Source of the DNA: Geosiphon pyriformis uo1
Lineage: Eukaryota; Fungi; Glomeromycota
Direction of reading: 5' to 3'
Length of the DNA: 64,000 nucleotides
NCBI GenBank assembly: GCA_016748015.1
Contig: JAAOMT010000328.1
Location: 760,955 to 824,954 of the forward strand
Made by a program: the position numbers and the translations under genes. Each line of letters starts with the position of its first letter. Position 1 is the stretch's first letter. Positions 41,094-53,356 of this stretch are shown here, piece after piece. The notes beneath the pieces were generated by a model. The model was not told the DNA's origin, searched no databases, and worked only from the letters and a program-made list of their open reading frames with translations.

Positions 41094-43884
41094 CAGAATA
41101 TACGATGCAGAAGAGTGTCTCTTGTTAAAAGTTATAAAAACAAATGTCGCTACATGAAAGGATAATAGGCGAGCCTGATAAAATTTTTGTGATCTGTTGT
41201 GGAAAAATTAACAAAAAAAGTTTATTTTAAGCACGATTTTCAAAAATCAAAATTTCCAATCATGTGATTATAACAATTAACCTAAAAATACGTAAAAGTA
41301 GGAACTAGAATCTTTGGCCAAAATATTTTTTTAAAGTAAGGTATTTTGTTCAATTCTTTACTTTTTGTTTTGCTAATTATATATTGAAGAATTATTAGAT
41401 TATAATTATAAATAAAGCATAATATATGTTGAAAAACTTTTTGAATATTTTTTAAATATTATTAATATATAAAAAACCATAAAAAAAATTAATAACTATA
41501 ATTTTATTTGAAATATATTAATAATTTGAAAATAAAATAAAAATGTTTTAAATTTTTGTAATTTTATTAATAATATCAAAAAATCTCAAAAATAAAATAC
41601 TATTTATATTTATTAATTTAAATAAATTTTAATAATTAATACTTATTCTACTTTATTTTTTATTAATTGAATTAATTTTCTTTTTGCATTTTAATACTAA
41701 AAATTAGCATTTTTTAAATTTTTAATTAATCATAATTTAAAAACAAAAAATTGAATATAATTATGCAAATTTTTTTTAATAATTGTTAAATATATTTAAG
41801 AAATTAAAACAATAATATTTTTTAAAGAATTTTAAAAATTGTAATTATTAATATATTTTTTGTGTTATAATTAATTTAATATACAATAATTAAATTGTAT
41901 TTTTTTTACCATATTAATTTACAAAAATTTTTGTAAAAAGTTTTAAATTGATTTAATCTAAAAAAAATAATAAAACTTTTTTTTTGTATTTTTATGATTA
42001 CAACCAAAATAAAAAGTAAAAAGTTGCAATTTCTTTATTTTTGAAGTATTTGGTAATATTTTTATTAATAAAATATTTACAACTTTTAAAACTGTTTAAT
42101 AATATTTTATAAAAGCACTTTTTTTAATAAAGTAATAATAAATTGGTTTTTTACTAATTTTAAAACATTATTTTTGTTTTTGGTTAAAAGTTTTTTCTTT
42201 TTTAAAGTTTTTTAAAAAAAATCATTTAAAATAGTCTTTGTTTTCTTTAAAAGTTTTAAAGTTTTTAATAAAAAATTAATAACTAAATTTTTTTACTATT
42301 TTTTTTACAGTTATTTAAATTATTAAAAAAGCCAAATTGGCCAAAAAACAATTTTTTTAAATTTTTGTTATATTAAATAACAATTTTTTTGAAGTGCTAA
42401 AAAGTTTTTTTCTAATTTTTTAATATTAGTTTTAATGTTTTAAAGCCAGTTTTTTTTTAATAAAAAATAAAGCTTTTGTTTTTTTTGGCTTTTTTATTGG
42501 TTTTATATTATTTGTATTGATTATAATGCTTGGTTTTATTATAAGTATAAATAAAAATATTTTTTATTTATATTTATAATAAAATATATTAATTAATTTA
42601 AATTTAAATTAATTTTTAATTATATTACTTAATATATTAGTTTTAAAAACAAAATAATTTATATTTTTATATGTGTTTTTAATTTATTAATTTATTAATT
42701 AAATAGAAATTTAAATTATTTTTTTTGTTTTTTAGTAATATTATTTTTAATAGTACTTAAAAAACAATTATTAATTATTAAGAATTTTTTAAATAAATAA
42801 ATTTTATTTTAATGTTTTTTTTTAAAATTAATTTGATTTATGTTAAATTTGCTTTTTAGTTTATATATGATTTTATTACTGTAAAATCAGTTTTAAAAAA
42901 CAATATAAAACTGTTTTGTATAAAGTTTGTCTTTTAAGTTTCTTTAAATACTATTATTTAAATTAAACTTGTTAATTTTGTTTCTTTTTCTATTTTTAAA
43001 ATTGCTAAATTTTTGTTATTGTTTTACAAAATATATTTAAGAGTATTTTTGTTATTAATCTTAAAAATATTTTTAACATTTTTGGTAAAATGTTTTAAAT
43101 TTTATTAAATTTTATTAATATTTAATAATATTTTATTGTTTATTTTAAATAATACTAATAATTGTTTATTAATATGTAATATTTGCTTAAAATATTAATT
43201 TTTATAATTATAATATTTAGGTTTTTATAAGAACTAAAAATAACAATTCTATATTTTAATTATTTAAAATAAAAAATAAAAAAAATTTAATTACAAATTT
43301 AAAAAACTAATTTGTTAAAACTATATAACTAAAAAACTTATTATAAAAAACAATAATTTTTTTAATTAATAAATAAAAATCTTAATATTGTTTTTAATTA
43401 CCAAAATTAATTAACAAATATAAACAGTTATAATTATATTAAAAAATTTAAAATAAACAATAATATATTATTAAATATTAACAAATTTTAATATAACTTA
43501 AAAAAAAAATTGATTACAAAAAATTGCAATTAACATATAATAATATATAATAATACACAATAATACATAATAATAATATTATTATTAAATAATATAAAAT
43601 AACATAAATAATAAATTATAGTTAATAATAAAATTACAAATTAATAAGCTTTTAAAAATTATTTTATAAAACAAAAAATATGTTAATAAATAAATAATTT
43701 TAGCTTAAAAAAAATTTAAAATTAAAATCTATTTTTTTATATATTTATTAATATTAATTAATTTATATATAATTTTTTACAAAAATTTTGTTTTTAAAAA
43801 TTGGTTTTAATAATTTTTGTCAGTTTTAAAAAAGAGTATTAATTTTGCATATAGTTTAATTATTAAATATTATAATAAAATTTA

Positions 43885-44245
43885 ATTATGTTGTTATCAA
43901 AGATTTTTTTATTTTTTTCTTAATATTATTAATATTATTTTGCTGTTAATTTTATTGTTAATAAAAATTAATAAACTTTTAATAAGTTAATTTTCTTTTA
44001 AAGTATTAAAAAATACTTTAAACTGTATATATTGTTAAATTTATAATAAAATAGCCAATTTTATGTCAATTACTTGAATAGTTATTTTATAGTAAAAATT
44101 AATTTTTTTACAAGAGAATTTTATTTGTAAGTTTTTTAAAATTATATGTAATTACTTTGTTATAAAAGTCAATTTTTTTACAGAAAATTTTGACTGTAAA
44201 CTTCTCAAAAAAAAAAAAAAAAAAAACCAAAAAAAAAAAAAAAAA
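43885..44245 (+). mobile_element. Eroded LINE 3' UTR plus poly(A) tail (homologue of ~52990-53350)
   Basis: By-eye alignment, e.g. ttgttatcaaagattttt..tttgctgttaat vs ttgttactggaggttttt..tttgctgtgaat; tandem hairpins retained; A-run 44207-44245. Confidence 0.8.
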
Positions 44246-44247
44246 TG

Positions 44248-44878
44248 TATTAAGAAAGTTGTTTTGAATTCAGACCTAAAAATTATTAATAGTTACTAAA
44301 ATTAATAGCTAATTAATTTCAAATTATTAGTATAGAATAGTAAATTTTTTAAACAAGAATAATTAAGAATTTTTATGTTTTTTAAAACAAATTTTATTGT
44401 AATTAATTTATAAAAAAAATAATTCTAACTAAAATATTTAATAAAAAATATAAATTTTAATGAAATTCTATTTTTTCGAAAAAAAAGCTCTTCTTTTATA
44501 TAATTTGGTATAACATTATTCTATAATCTAATAATTTTTTTTTTCTAATTTCTTGATAAACTAAAAATATATTTTGTTAAACTACAAGTTATTTTTATAA
44601 ACTAAAAATTATTTTAGTAAACTGTTGAATATTTTAATAAATTTTTAAATATTTTAACAAATTTTTAATATTAAATAATTCAGTATATTACATAATCTAA
44701 TTATTGCAATTTGGTTTTATTTGTGTTTTGTATAAATTAAGTTATTAATTAAATAATATTTCAAATAATTTAAAAAGATAATAAGTAATAAATTAAAATA
44801 ATAATATATATTAATTAATAATAAAAATTAAAAAACTAATTTTATGTCAAATAATATCTTAAATTTCGGCTAGTAATA
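44248..44878 (-). mobile_element. Eroded solo LTR related to the Gypsy LTR at 53357-53973
   Basis: Colinear over the full length (tattaag..tagctaattaattt..ttcgaaaaaaaagctcttcttttata..aaatttcggctagtaata), including the 20-bp repeat array; no internal region follows. Confidence 0.85.
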
Positions 44879-45164
44879 ATGTATATTTAAATATAAAACT
44901 AATATAAATAAGTTTAAATTTATATATAATAACAATTTAATATTTTTTATTATAATTTGCCAATTATTTTATTAAATATAACTAAGATTTTTAGTATAAG
45001 TTTTAAGATATATATATATTGTTTATTTTATTTAAATTTTAATAATAATATAACTATTAAAATAAACTTGTAATATTATTTTAATTAGTTTAAATAATTG
45101 GTTATATATAAAAAATATATAAGTTATATTTAGTTTAAAATATTTAATTATTATATTATATTAT

Positions 45165-45830
45165 TATTATGAGTTGAAGTAACAAGCTAACAGATAGCAA
45201 GAGAAAACAAAATTGTAGGGTGATAGAAATAATCAAAAAGAATTCAACTTTAAAGAGTGAATTGAATAAGTATAAATTCAATGTATGAGATTAGTCTCAT
45301 AAAATATCTCAGTTGCTATTCTTTTCAAAAAGATAATTGAAGAATCTGAAGATAGAAGGATAGTCTATACTGTCAACAAATGATCACACTTAGTATAATT
45401 CTATGCCTCATGTTGGCATTCTTAGAATTCAATATCAAGTATTAGATGTGCTTTTTAGTCATGTTTTATTCAATAATCTTCAAATGGTACACTTATACAT
45501 TTTAAGAAAAAGGATAAGAATTAACCAATAAGTAATCTTTTATCCTAAGATGTTTGGATACTTGAAGATAAGGAAAGAAAAATTAGCAATAAGAGAATAA
45601 TTGAAATAAAAGTTGTTATTTTATTTATTCTTGATTATTTTAAATATGCTTTTCTACAACTAAGAGATTCATCACTTATATAGCTGTCAAAAGTAGTCAA
45701 TAATCAGATTAATAGTCAAGTTATTGATCAAATTAATGATCACTATCTAAAAATAGAGTGGCTAATTTATATGATATCAATGGCTAAGACATATAATAAT
45801 TAATAAGAAGTATAAGTTTCAATCATAATA
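45165..45830. mobile_element. Probable solo LTR of a second family (~665 bp)
   Basis: Sharp island of higher GC; inverted termini TATTATGA..TCATAATA (eroded TGTTATGA..TCATAACA); TTAT on both flanks; no CpG seen; interrupts an older AT repeat. Confidence 0.6.
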
Positions 45831-46388
45831 TTATATTATATAATAATTAAATCTTACTTAAATTAATAATAAAAAATATATTAAAACCAAATAAAATATA
45901 TTTTTAAAAAATTAAAAAATTTTATTTAAAATTAAATATAATTTGTATATATTATTCTTAAAATTTTAATAATTGAAACCAATTATTTTTAATTATAATA
46001 ATTAAAAAAATTTAGTAATTTGATTATTATAATAAAATAATTTAATATTATAATAATTTCTTTTAAAAAAAAAAATTTTATAATTAATTTTATAAAAAAT
46101 TATTAACTTACCAAAAAAACAATATTAAATTTTATTAATTTTAATTAAATAATATAAGTTAAATTAAATAAAATTAAATAATAATTAATATTATATATTA
46201 TTATTAATATTTATTTTTAAAAAACTTTAATATCTTTTTTTTATTGATTTTATAAAGTATAATTCAATTATCAATGACTTCTCTCTTACTCCCAAAAATC
46301 CCAATAAGTTATTTTTCTGAAAAAAAAGTTTTTGTTTTTTTCTTATTAGTATTATATTAATATTTCTTTAACTAATAACCCCTTTGTC

Positions 46389-48256
46389 ATGGATTCAAAG
46401 GCTGCTTCTAGTGGCAGCATGTCTAGTAAGAAGACTTTTAAGAGCGTGTTTCATGGTCCTGCCAATGGTTTCTTTTCACAAAAAAAGAAGACTTCTCTTG
46501 GTAATGTTAAATACTCTGGTGATGAAAAGGATATTTCTTTGAAGTCTGGTTCTAGTGCTAGTGTATATTCCGATGTAGAAAGCCTTTCTGGTGATGATGA
46601 GGATGTTAGTATGTCTGGTGGTTTTAATGATTCTCTTTTGGATTCAGCTGTTAACACTCCCAAGGCTAAACGTGTGAATACTAGTGTGAATTTTGGTTCT
46701 CTTATTGGTTCTTCTGACTTTGAGATAGATGAAAAAGTGAAGCCCTTTCTGCCCCCCCTTATGAAAAAAATTCCTTTGGATAAGATCTGGATCGATCCCA
46801 AAATTATCAAAACTCCTATAGAGATGGCAGTTAAGAAATCTTTTGCCTTGGATATCAATCTTTCAGCTATTGAAAGCAAATCAGTGATGGCGAAAACTTA
46901 TTTAATCAGGAAGGTTTTTTCAAAGATCAATGGTTTTGGGGAGACCATTACCCTCTCAAAATTTGAAGGGATCATCTGATCGACATTTACATTTGAGGAG
47001 AGCATGAAGAAAGCTGTGTCATTGGCCGAAGAAGAGAGGATTGTCATAAACAATGATGTGAGAAAACAAGGGTTTCGTTCAGATCAGGCTGTGGTAATCA
47101 AAGAAATTTCCATGGATACACCAAAAGAAATAATCGTCATTGCAGTTTCTGAGTTTGGGCAAATTAAGTTGATCAAAATCCAGTTGGTTGGTATGTGGCA
47201 GAAGGCTGTGGTGGAATTCGCCAAATCAGGACAGGCAGAGCAATTGGCTTCAAAATGGTCCTTTTTAATTGAAAAAGACTCTGTACGTGTGGCAAAGGCC
47301 ATGAGAGATTGCAATATCTGGGTCTCTAGAGATCATTTTAGGACGCTTCTGTTTACACTGCTGGTGGGAACAACAACGCATGACCTTAGTAATCTTCTGG
47401 ATAAAACTGGTGGCAGAACTTGCATTATTAATCGTTTATTGAACACTGGCAATAGAGTTTGCTGTGCTGTAGTTGGCTTCAAATTCGAGAATGATTTGAA
47501 TTCCGCTTTTCTCACTGAGCCTGTTTTTGGTGGTGTTCGTCTTTCTTGGGCTAGGCTGGATTTGGTTCGATGTGAAAAATATGGACGTCTTGGACATTCG
47601 GCTTTAGAGTGTGATGCATCAGATATGTCGTCTTCTGATCTCTTGAATAATTTTAATAAAAGGCATGCTCCTAGTGTAGATCATCTCTAGTTGGCCAAGT
47701 TATATGTAAAGAAAAATGTTCCTATATCCCACCCTGCTGCCTTTGGTGGCAAATTATGGGCCCAGATAGTCTCTTTTGCTTCCTTTTCTGGTGGCTCTCC
47801 TTCTGGTTTTGGTCTTGGTACTGGTTCCTCTCACCATACAACTCCAGATTTGGGTGGTGGTCCTCCTTTTTTTACACTTGCCGACTCTTCTTTGAATGCT
47901 TGCTTGGCATCTTTGAAATGTTCTCTCGAGTTGTTGACTAACCAAGTGTCTGATATTTTAAGGAAATTGAGTTTTGTTGAATTGGTGCCCCTCTTTTGGT
48001 TGGATCTGTGTCTTTGGCCCCTAGTTTGGATTCTGATATGGCTCTGGATGGTGAATTGGCATCATTTGATCACCATTTTCCAAGTATTGATATGGGTGGT
48101 GGCTTCAATTCAAGTAGTTCGAAGGTTTTAACTACCAAGATAGGTGGTTTGAAGTCTAAAATGTTGGCTCTGGAGGCTTCAGTCAGTTCTGTTTTGGCAA
48201 GATTGGATTTTTTGTGTGCTGGTTTGGGTTCCTCTTTACTGCTTTCACCCCAATGA
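46389..48256 (+). pseudogene. LINE ORF1 (RRM-like region plus CCHC knuckle), interrupted
   Basis: FGQIKLIKIQLVGMWQKAVVEF; knuckle CEKYGRLGHSALEC (second C changed to Y); stops at 46977 and 47688; frameshift near 47990. Confidence 0.85.
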
Positions 48257-51200
48257 GCAGTTTGGTCTGGAAATTTGCTACATGTAATATTCAGGACATG
48301 AACATTCCTGTGAAGCAGGATGATATAGTTTGTTGGCATGTAAACTCGGGAAACATGGTTTTTTTTATTACTAAAACAAAATTAAGATCCTCTTCTGGGC
48401 CATGGATAAAGGATAAATTTAATGGAGTGCAAATCTTTTCTTCAGGATTGGATAAAGGTTTTATGGGTGCTGAAGTTGCAATTATTATAAACATTTCTTT
48501 GGCTTGTCATGTATCTAAGATGGAGGAGATTCCTGGTCGGGTTGTTTCTGTTTGGCTCTTGTTTAAGAGCAAACTCTCGGTTACTGTTTTGGGGTTGTAT
48601 GCTGGTGCCTCTTCTGGAGCTAGGTTTGGTCAGGCTTTTGAAGTTAACTTTCTTATTGCAAAGGCTGTCAACTCCAGCAATTTTGTTATCTTGGGTGGGG
48701 ACTTTAATGAGAATGGATCTAGTAAAAGTGCTAGTTTCAAGTTTTTTTTGAGTTTGGGTTTGGTCAATTCATTTGTTGGTCATTATTTGGCTAATTCTCA
48801 TATGTGGAGCAATTCGAGAGGGGTTGGAAAAACGATTGATTACATTTTTGTTGGTGGTAATTTGTCTTCTGCTGTTGCTAGTCATCAAGTTGTCTCTGTT
48901 TCAGATTTCTTTGACACTGATCACAGGGCAGTTGTGGTTTTGGTCGGTTTGGATGGGCTTTTGAATGTACAGTTGAATAGTTTGCACAAGCAGACGAATA
49001 AAGATTGTTGGAAGTTTAAAATCAAGAATACTGACTGTGCTGGATGGACTAAGTTTAAGGATCTCTCTTCAGCAAAACTCTTGTCTTTGGGTGAGGTGTT
49101 CTCTGGTGCTGAAATGCATGGTGATGTGGATGCTATGTGGGCAGTTTTGGTGGGGGCTGTGGTAGATTCTGCTGATGTGACATTTTTGAGACATTGGTTT
49201 AATGAATTCAAGTGTTCAAGAAACAAACATTCTTTTAGGTTTTTTGGTCTAGAATTGTTGGTGGCCAAGATTGTCAAGAAATTTTGCTCAGGTGACTTAC
49301 TGGGTACTAATCGTCTTGTAAATAAATGGTCAACTCTGAATGATGCAAAGGCTTGTGCTTTCAAGGACTTGGTTGGCTCAGGTGTTAAATCTGATGTTGT
49401 TGTTAGGCATTTGTCATTGGTTTGCAGAGATTACAGGAGGTTGAAGATGTTTGAGTCAAGATTGGCTGAGGAAGCTTTGATTAGGAAGGCAATTGAGAAG
49501 CACATAGATAATTTCTGTTTGGATAAAGGTAGTATGATTAGGAGTGTGTTGGAAAAGCCTTTTCGCAAGGTGGTGTTGAATTACTTGATAGTTGATAATG
49601 ATCTAGTTTTGTTGCCTGAAGAGGTGAAGTCGAGCGTGGATAAGATAATGGAGAGATGGACAAAGAAATGCTCTGTGCAGTCAGAGCTTCCTGATCTTTG
49701 GGCTTGTCAGTACACACCTTTGAACCATGTTTGGGATGATGCCTTTTTGGGTGTTATGAGTGCAATCAGTATGAGCGAGTTACTTTCTGTTGTTGGTGGT
49801 CTGCCTGATGGCAAAGCTGCTGGTTTGTCTGGTGTTTCTAATGAGTTGTAAAAACATGGTGGTAAAATGGTTTTGGGGTGCCTGTTGGTGCTGTTTAATA
49901 AGTGTTTGTCTGTTGGAGTGGTGCCTGTTTTGTGGAAGAAAACTTGGGTGTCAATGATTCCTAAGCCTTACGATTGGGATGGAGTTCTTACAAACACTCA
50001 GCCCATTGCTTTGATTGAGAGTGCCAGGAAGATTCTTTTCAAGGTTCTGTCTGATTGTATTTCAATGGCTTGTAGCAAGTTCAACATTCTTCAAGGTGAC
50101 AATTTTTCGGTGCTGAAGGGTACATCCACACAATCTCTAGTGTTTGCTGTCGGTTCAGTGATTAAGGATACTATTGAGAAGAATAGGGAGTTATGGTTGG
50201 TCTTGCAAGATATGCAGAAAGCTTATGATTCAGTTGGATGGCATTATTTAAGAGCTAGTTTGCAGCATGTCAAGATGTGTGAGAGGTTCATAAGGTTTTT
50301 TGGTGGTATTTATGAGGATAGAGTTAATAGGGTAATGACTGACTTTGGTTTGTCTGGTGGTTATAAGGTGCATGATGGGCTGGATTAGGGTGAGGTCTTT
50401 TTGCTGCTTCTATAGAGAATTTTTTATGATCCACTTTTGTGTAAGGTTAAGAGACACAAACAATTGTGTGAGTACCAAATTAATACTAAGTTTGTTGCAA
50501 AGTCTGGCAGAATTGAGAGCAGTGATGGTTTGACATTATATTTTTTGGCTGGTGTATTTGTTGATGATACAATCTGGGTTGGAAATTGTTAGGCTTCTAC
50601 TCAATATGCTCTGAACATTGCCAGTGAATTTTTTGTGATCAATGATATTTCTATCAACAGTGAGAAGACGATAGCTATTCCCATTAATCAGGGTGTTAAA
50701 GTTGCTTCACTGAGCATTTGTGGTCAGCCAATTTCTATTGCCAAAAAAGAGGAAGCACATCGGTATCTAGGTATTTTTCTGTCAACTGAGGGGCTCTCCA
50801 AGCCAAGTGTTGCCAAGGCTCATGTGGATGTGCATTTCTTTATCAATGTTGTGCTTAGGAAAGCTATTACTGACAAACAGTTCTCCTATCTGGTGTCGGC
50901 TATTTTATAGCCTATTGTTAGCTATTATATTCAGTTCAGTTTTGTCCCTTCTAATGTTTGTCACAAGTGGGATGTCTTGGTTAGAAAGGGTCTTAGGTTT
51001 AAGGCTTGTCTCCCCCATGATTTTCTTGATGCTGCTTTGCATCATCCCTCATTGTATGGCCTGAAGCCTTTTAAGCAAGTGCAGTCAGAGGGGAAGATTG
51101 CTGCTCTGATAATGTTCTCTAATCCCTTTGGTATTCTTGGGCGTTTGTTTAGACATAGGTTTTTGGATCTGCAGGTTCTTGGTTGGGCTCCTTTGGATTC

Positions 51201-52938
51201 TTTGCAGTTTCCGGTCAGGTTGTGTGTTAGTCCAGTAAACAATTTTTTGGCTGGGATGGTGAAGATTTTTTTGGGCAATAAGCTTTCTTTGGTGAACAAC
51301 CTCCCCACTGCATTTTGTAGTCCTGGTCATTTTTTGTTGTTCTTTATTCTTGGAAAGTCTCTGTATTTTGACTTGGTCAAATCTCTTAGACGCTTTGGTG
51401 TCACTTTTGGTGATCAGCTTTTTGATAAAAAAGATGTTTTGTTGGATTGGAAAACTTTTTGTTGTTGGAAGAGATTGGATCTGCGTGGCCCTGTGCCTCA
51501 TTGGTTCTTGGTTTCTTCAGAGTTTTTGAAAAGTCAGGGTTGTTCATTTTCTGGTTTTATTGACTCTGCGGAAAAGATTGGTTTGGACATTTTAGAGTCT
51601 GGAGAATTTTTTGTGGTAATAGATAGATTGCATGACATTTGGTTAGGCTTTTTTGAAGTTTTTACAGATGAGTCTTTGAGGAATACAGGCTCTGCTGAGG
51701 TCACCTGTGGTGCTGCTGCATACTTTTCAGTCTTGGATAAAAGCATTGGTATTGCTGTTAATGGCCTTTTGTTATCTACTATGGCCGAATTGCAGACTGT
51801 TACTTTGGCTTTGGAATGTGTTCCTTCTTCAAGTACTGTGGTGTTACATCTTGACAGCCAGGCTGCTATTGACGCATGTATGTCTGAGATGTCTTTGGTC
51901 ACCCCTGATTTCCGTAATCAATGCTGGCTGAAGAGGCATTATATTTTCAATTTGGTCAGAGATAAGGATCTTAGTGTGAGTTGGGTTAAGGTAAAAGGCC
52001 ACTTTGGAATTCCTGGTAATGTGGAAGCTGACTTGGCTGCTGAGGCTGTCTCTGGATCTCCCTTTTCCCTTTGTGCCAATGTGCATGAACATTTTTTGGT
52101 TGCTGAGAATGTCGCTATTTCTGGTAATGCCCATCATTTTGTTAGGAATATTTTTCGGTCTGTTTGTTCTGCTCATTGGGAAGCTGGGCCTGGTTGTGAT
52201 GTGGTTCCAGATGTGATAATTGGTTGCATAGACTGGGTTGTCATGGCAAAGGTGTGGCATCCTGATTCTCATATGCTCACTGAATTTACTAGCTGGGTGT
52301 CCTCAACACTTCGCACTTATATTATGAAGGCTGTGCACAGAAGATTACTGGTGGTGGTGAGAAAAAGGTTGTATGATAAGTGCTACCCTAGTGTATTATG
52401 TTTGTTTTGTGGTGGAGTGGAGTTCTCTAACCATGCTTTTACTTGTGTTTATGAGTCTGGCATTCATGGTGAAATTTTGGCTGAGGCTTCTGCCCATTGG
52501 TCAGCTTTGGCTGACGGTTCCCTTGCTTCTGCTGTGTTGTGAGTTTTGTCTCAATGTTCTATTGATGTTGGGTTGTACACTCTGGTTTGCAAAGGGTTTG
52601 TGCTGAGGGAGTGGTATGAGGAAGCTTGCAGTATTTTTGAGAATAGAAAGGTGGCAGCTACTCAGATTATTGATTATGTCAGGTTCGTGGTTGAGTTACA
52701 TCGTGCTAAAGTGTGATTGGCTAGGGCCAGCCACCGGGTGGTGATGGAGAAAGCTGGTCTGGTTTGTGACAGTGGTATTGTTTCTGGGCTCTCTCATGGT
52801 GTGTCTTCAGTTTTGTCTGATGATATTGTAAAATTGCTTGGTGTGGCCAATTCTTTTGCTGTTAGCTTTGGTCATCGGAAGCCTTATTGTTTTTTTTCTG
52901 GTCTGGGTGGCAGTGTGTAGGTTATTATTGGTGTATAG
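48253..52938 (+). pseudogene. LINE ORF2: AP endonuclease, reverse transcriptase, RNase H, CCHC finger; multiple premature stops
   Basis: GDFN/IDY/TDH (APE); KAYDSV, FVDD, YLG (RT); FTDESL, AEL, DSQ, KVKGH.G..GN..AD (RNase H); CLFC..E..NH..TC. Confidence 0.93.
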
Positions 52939-53356
52939 TGTTGTCTTGTCTGGCCTGAGTGGCTAGCCACATGTAGAAAGTGTGTGAGTTGCGTTGTTAC
53001 TGGAGGTTTTTGGTCTCTTTTCTATAATGTTGTTGATACTTATTTGCTGTGAATTCACGTTTTCTGGATGTGGTTGAACCTCTAGTAACTGAATTTATCT
53101 TCAAATTATCTCCTATAATTTGAACTGCTGGGCTTATAAGTGGAATGGCCAATTCTTTGCCAGTTACTTTATGTAGTTACATTGTAGTAAACGTCAACTC
53201 TTTCCCAGGAATTGCTTGTCTGGAAGCTTACTAAAATGTATAGTTACTTTGCTGTGAAAGTCAACTCTTCTACAGAAATCTTGTCTGTAGGCTACCCTAA
53301 TGATTATAATAAGAAAAGAAAAGAAAAATAAAAGAAATGTAAAAGAAATAGAATTT

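Larger units (their letters stand above)
46270..53350 (+). mobile_element. Near-full-length non-LTR (LINE) retrotransposon, inactivated
   Basis: ORF1 + ORF2 (APE, RT, RNase H, C-terminal Zn finger), 3' UTR, A-rich tail at ~53310-53350; 5' boundary approximate. Confidence 0.95.

Noticed and set aside
46451-52272. Antisense ORFs over the LINE, and similar shadow ORFs over tubulin and Gypsy
   Set aside because: Opposite-strand or off-frame shadows of real coding sequence, with no motifs of their own.
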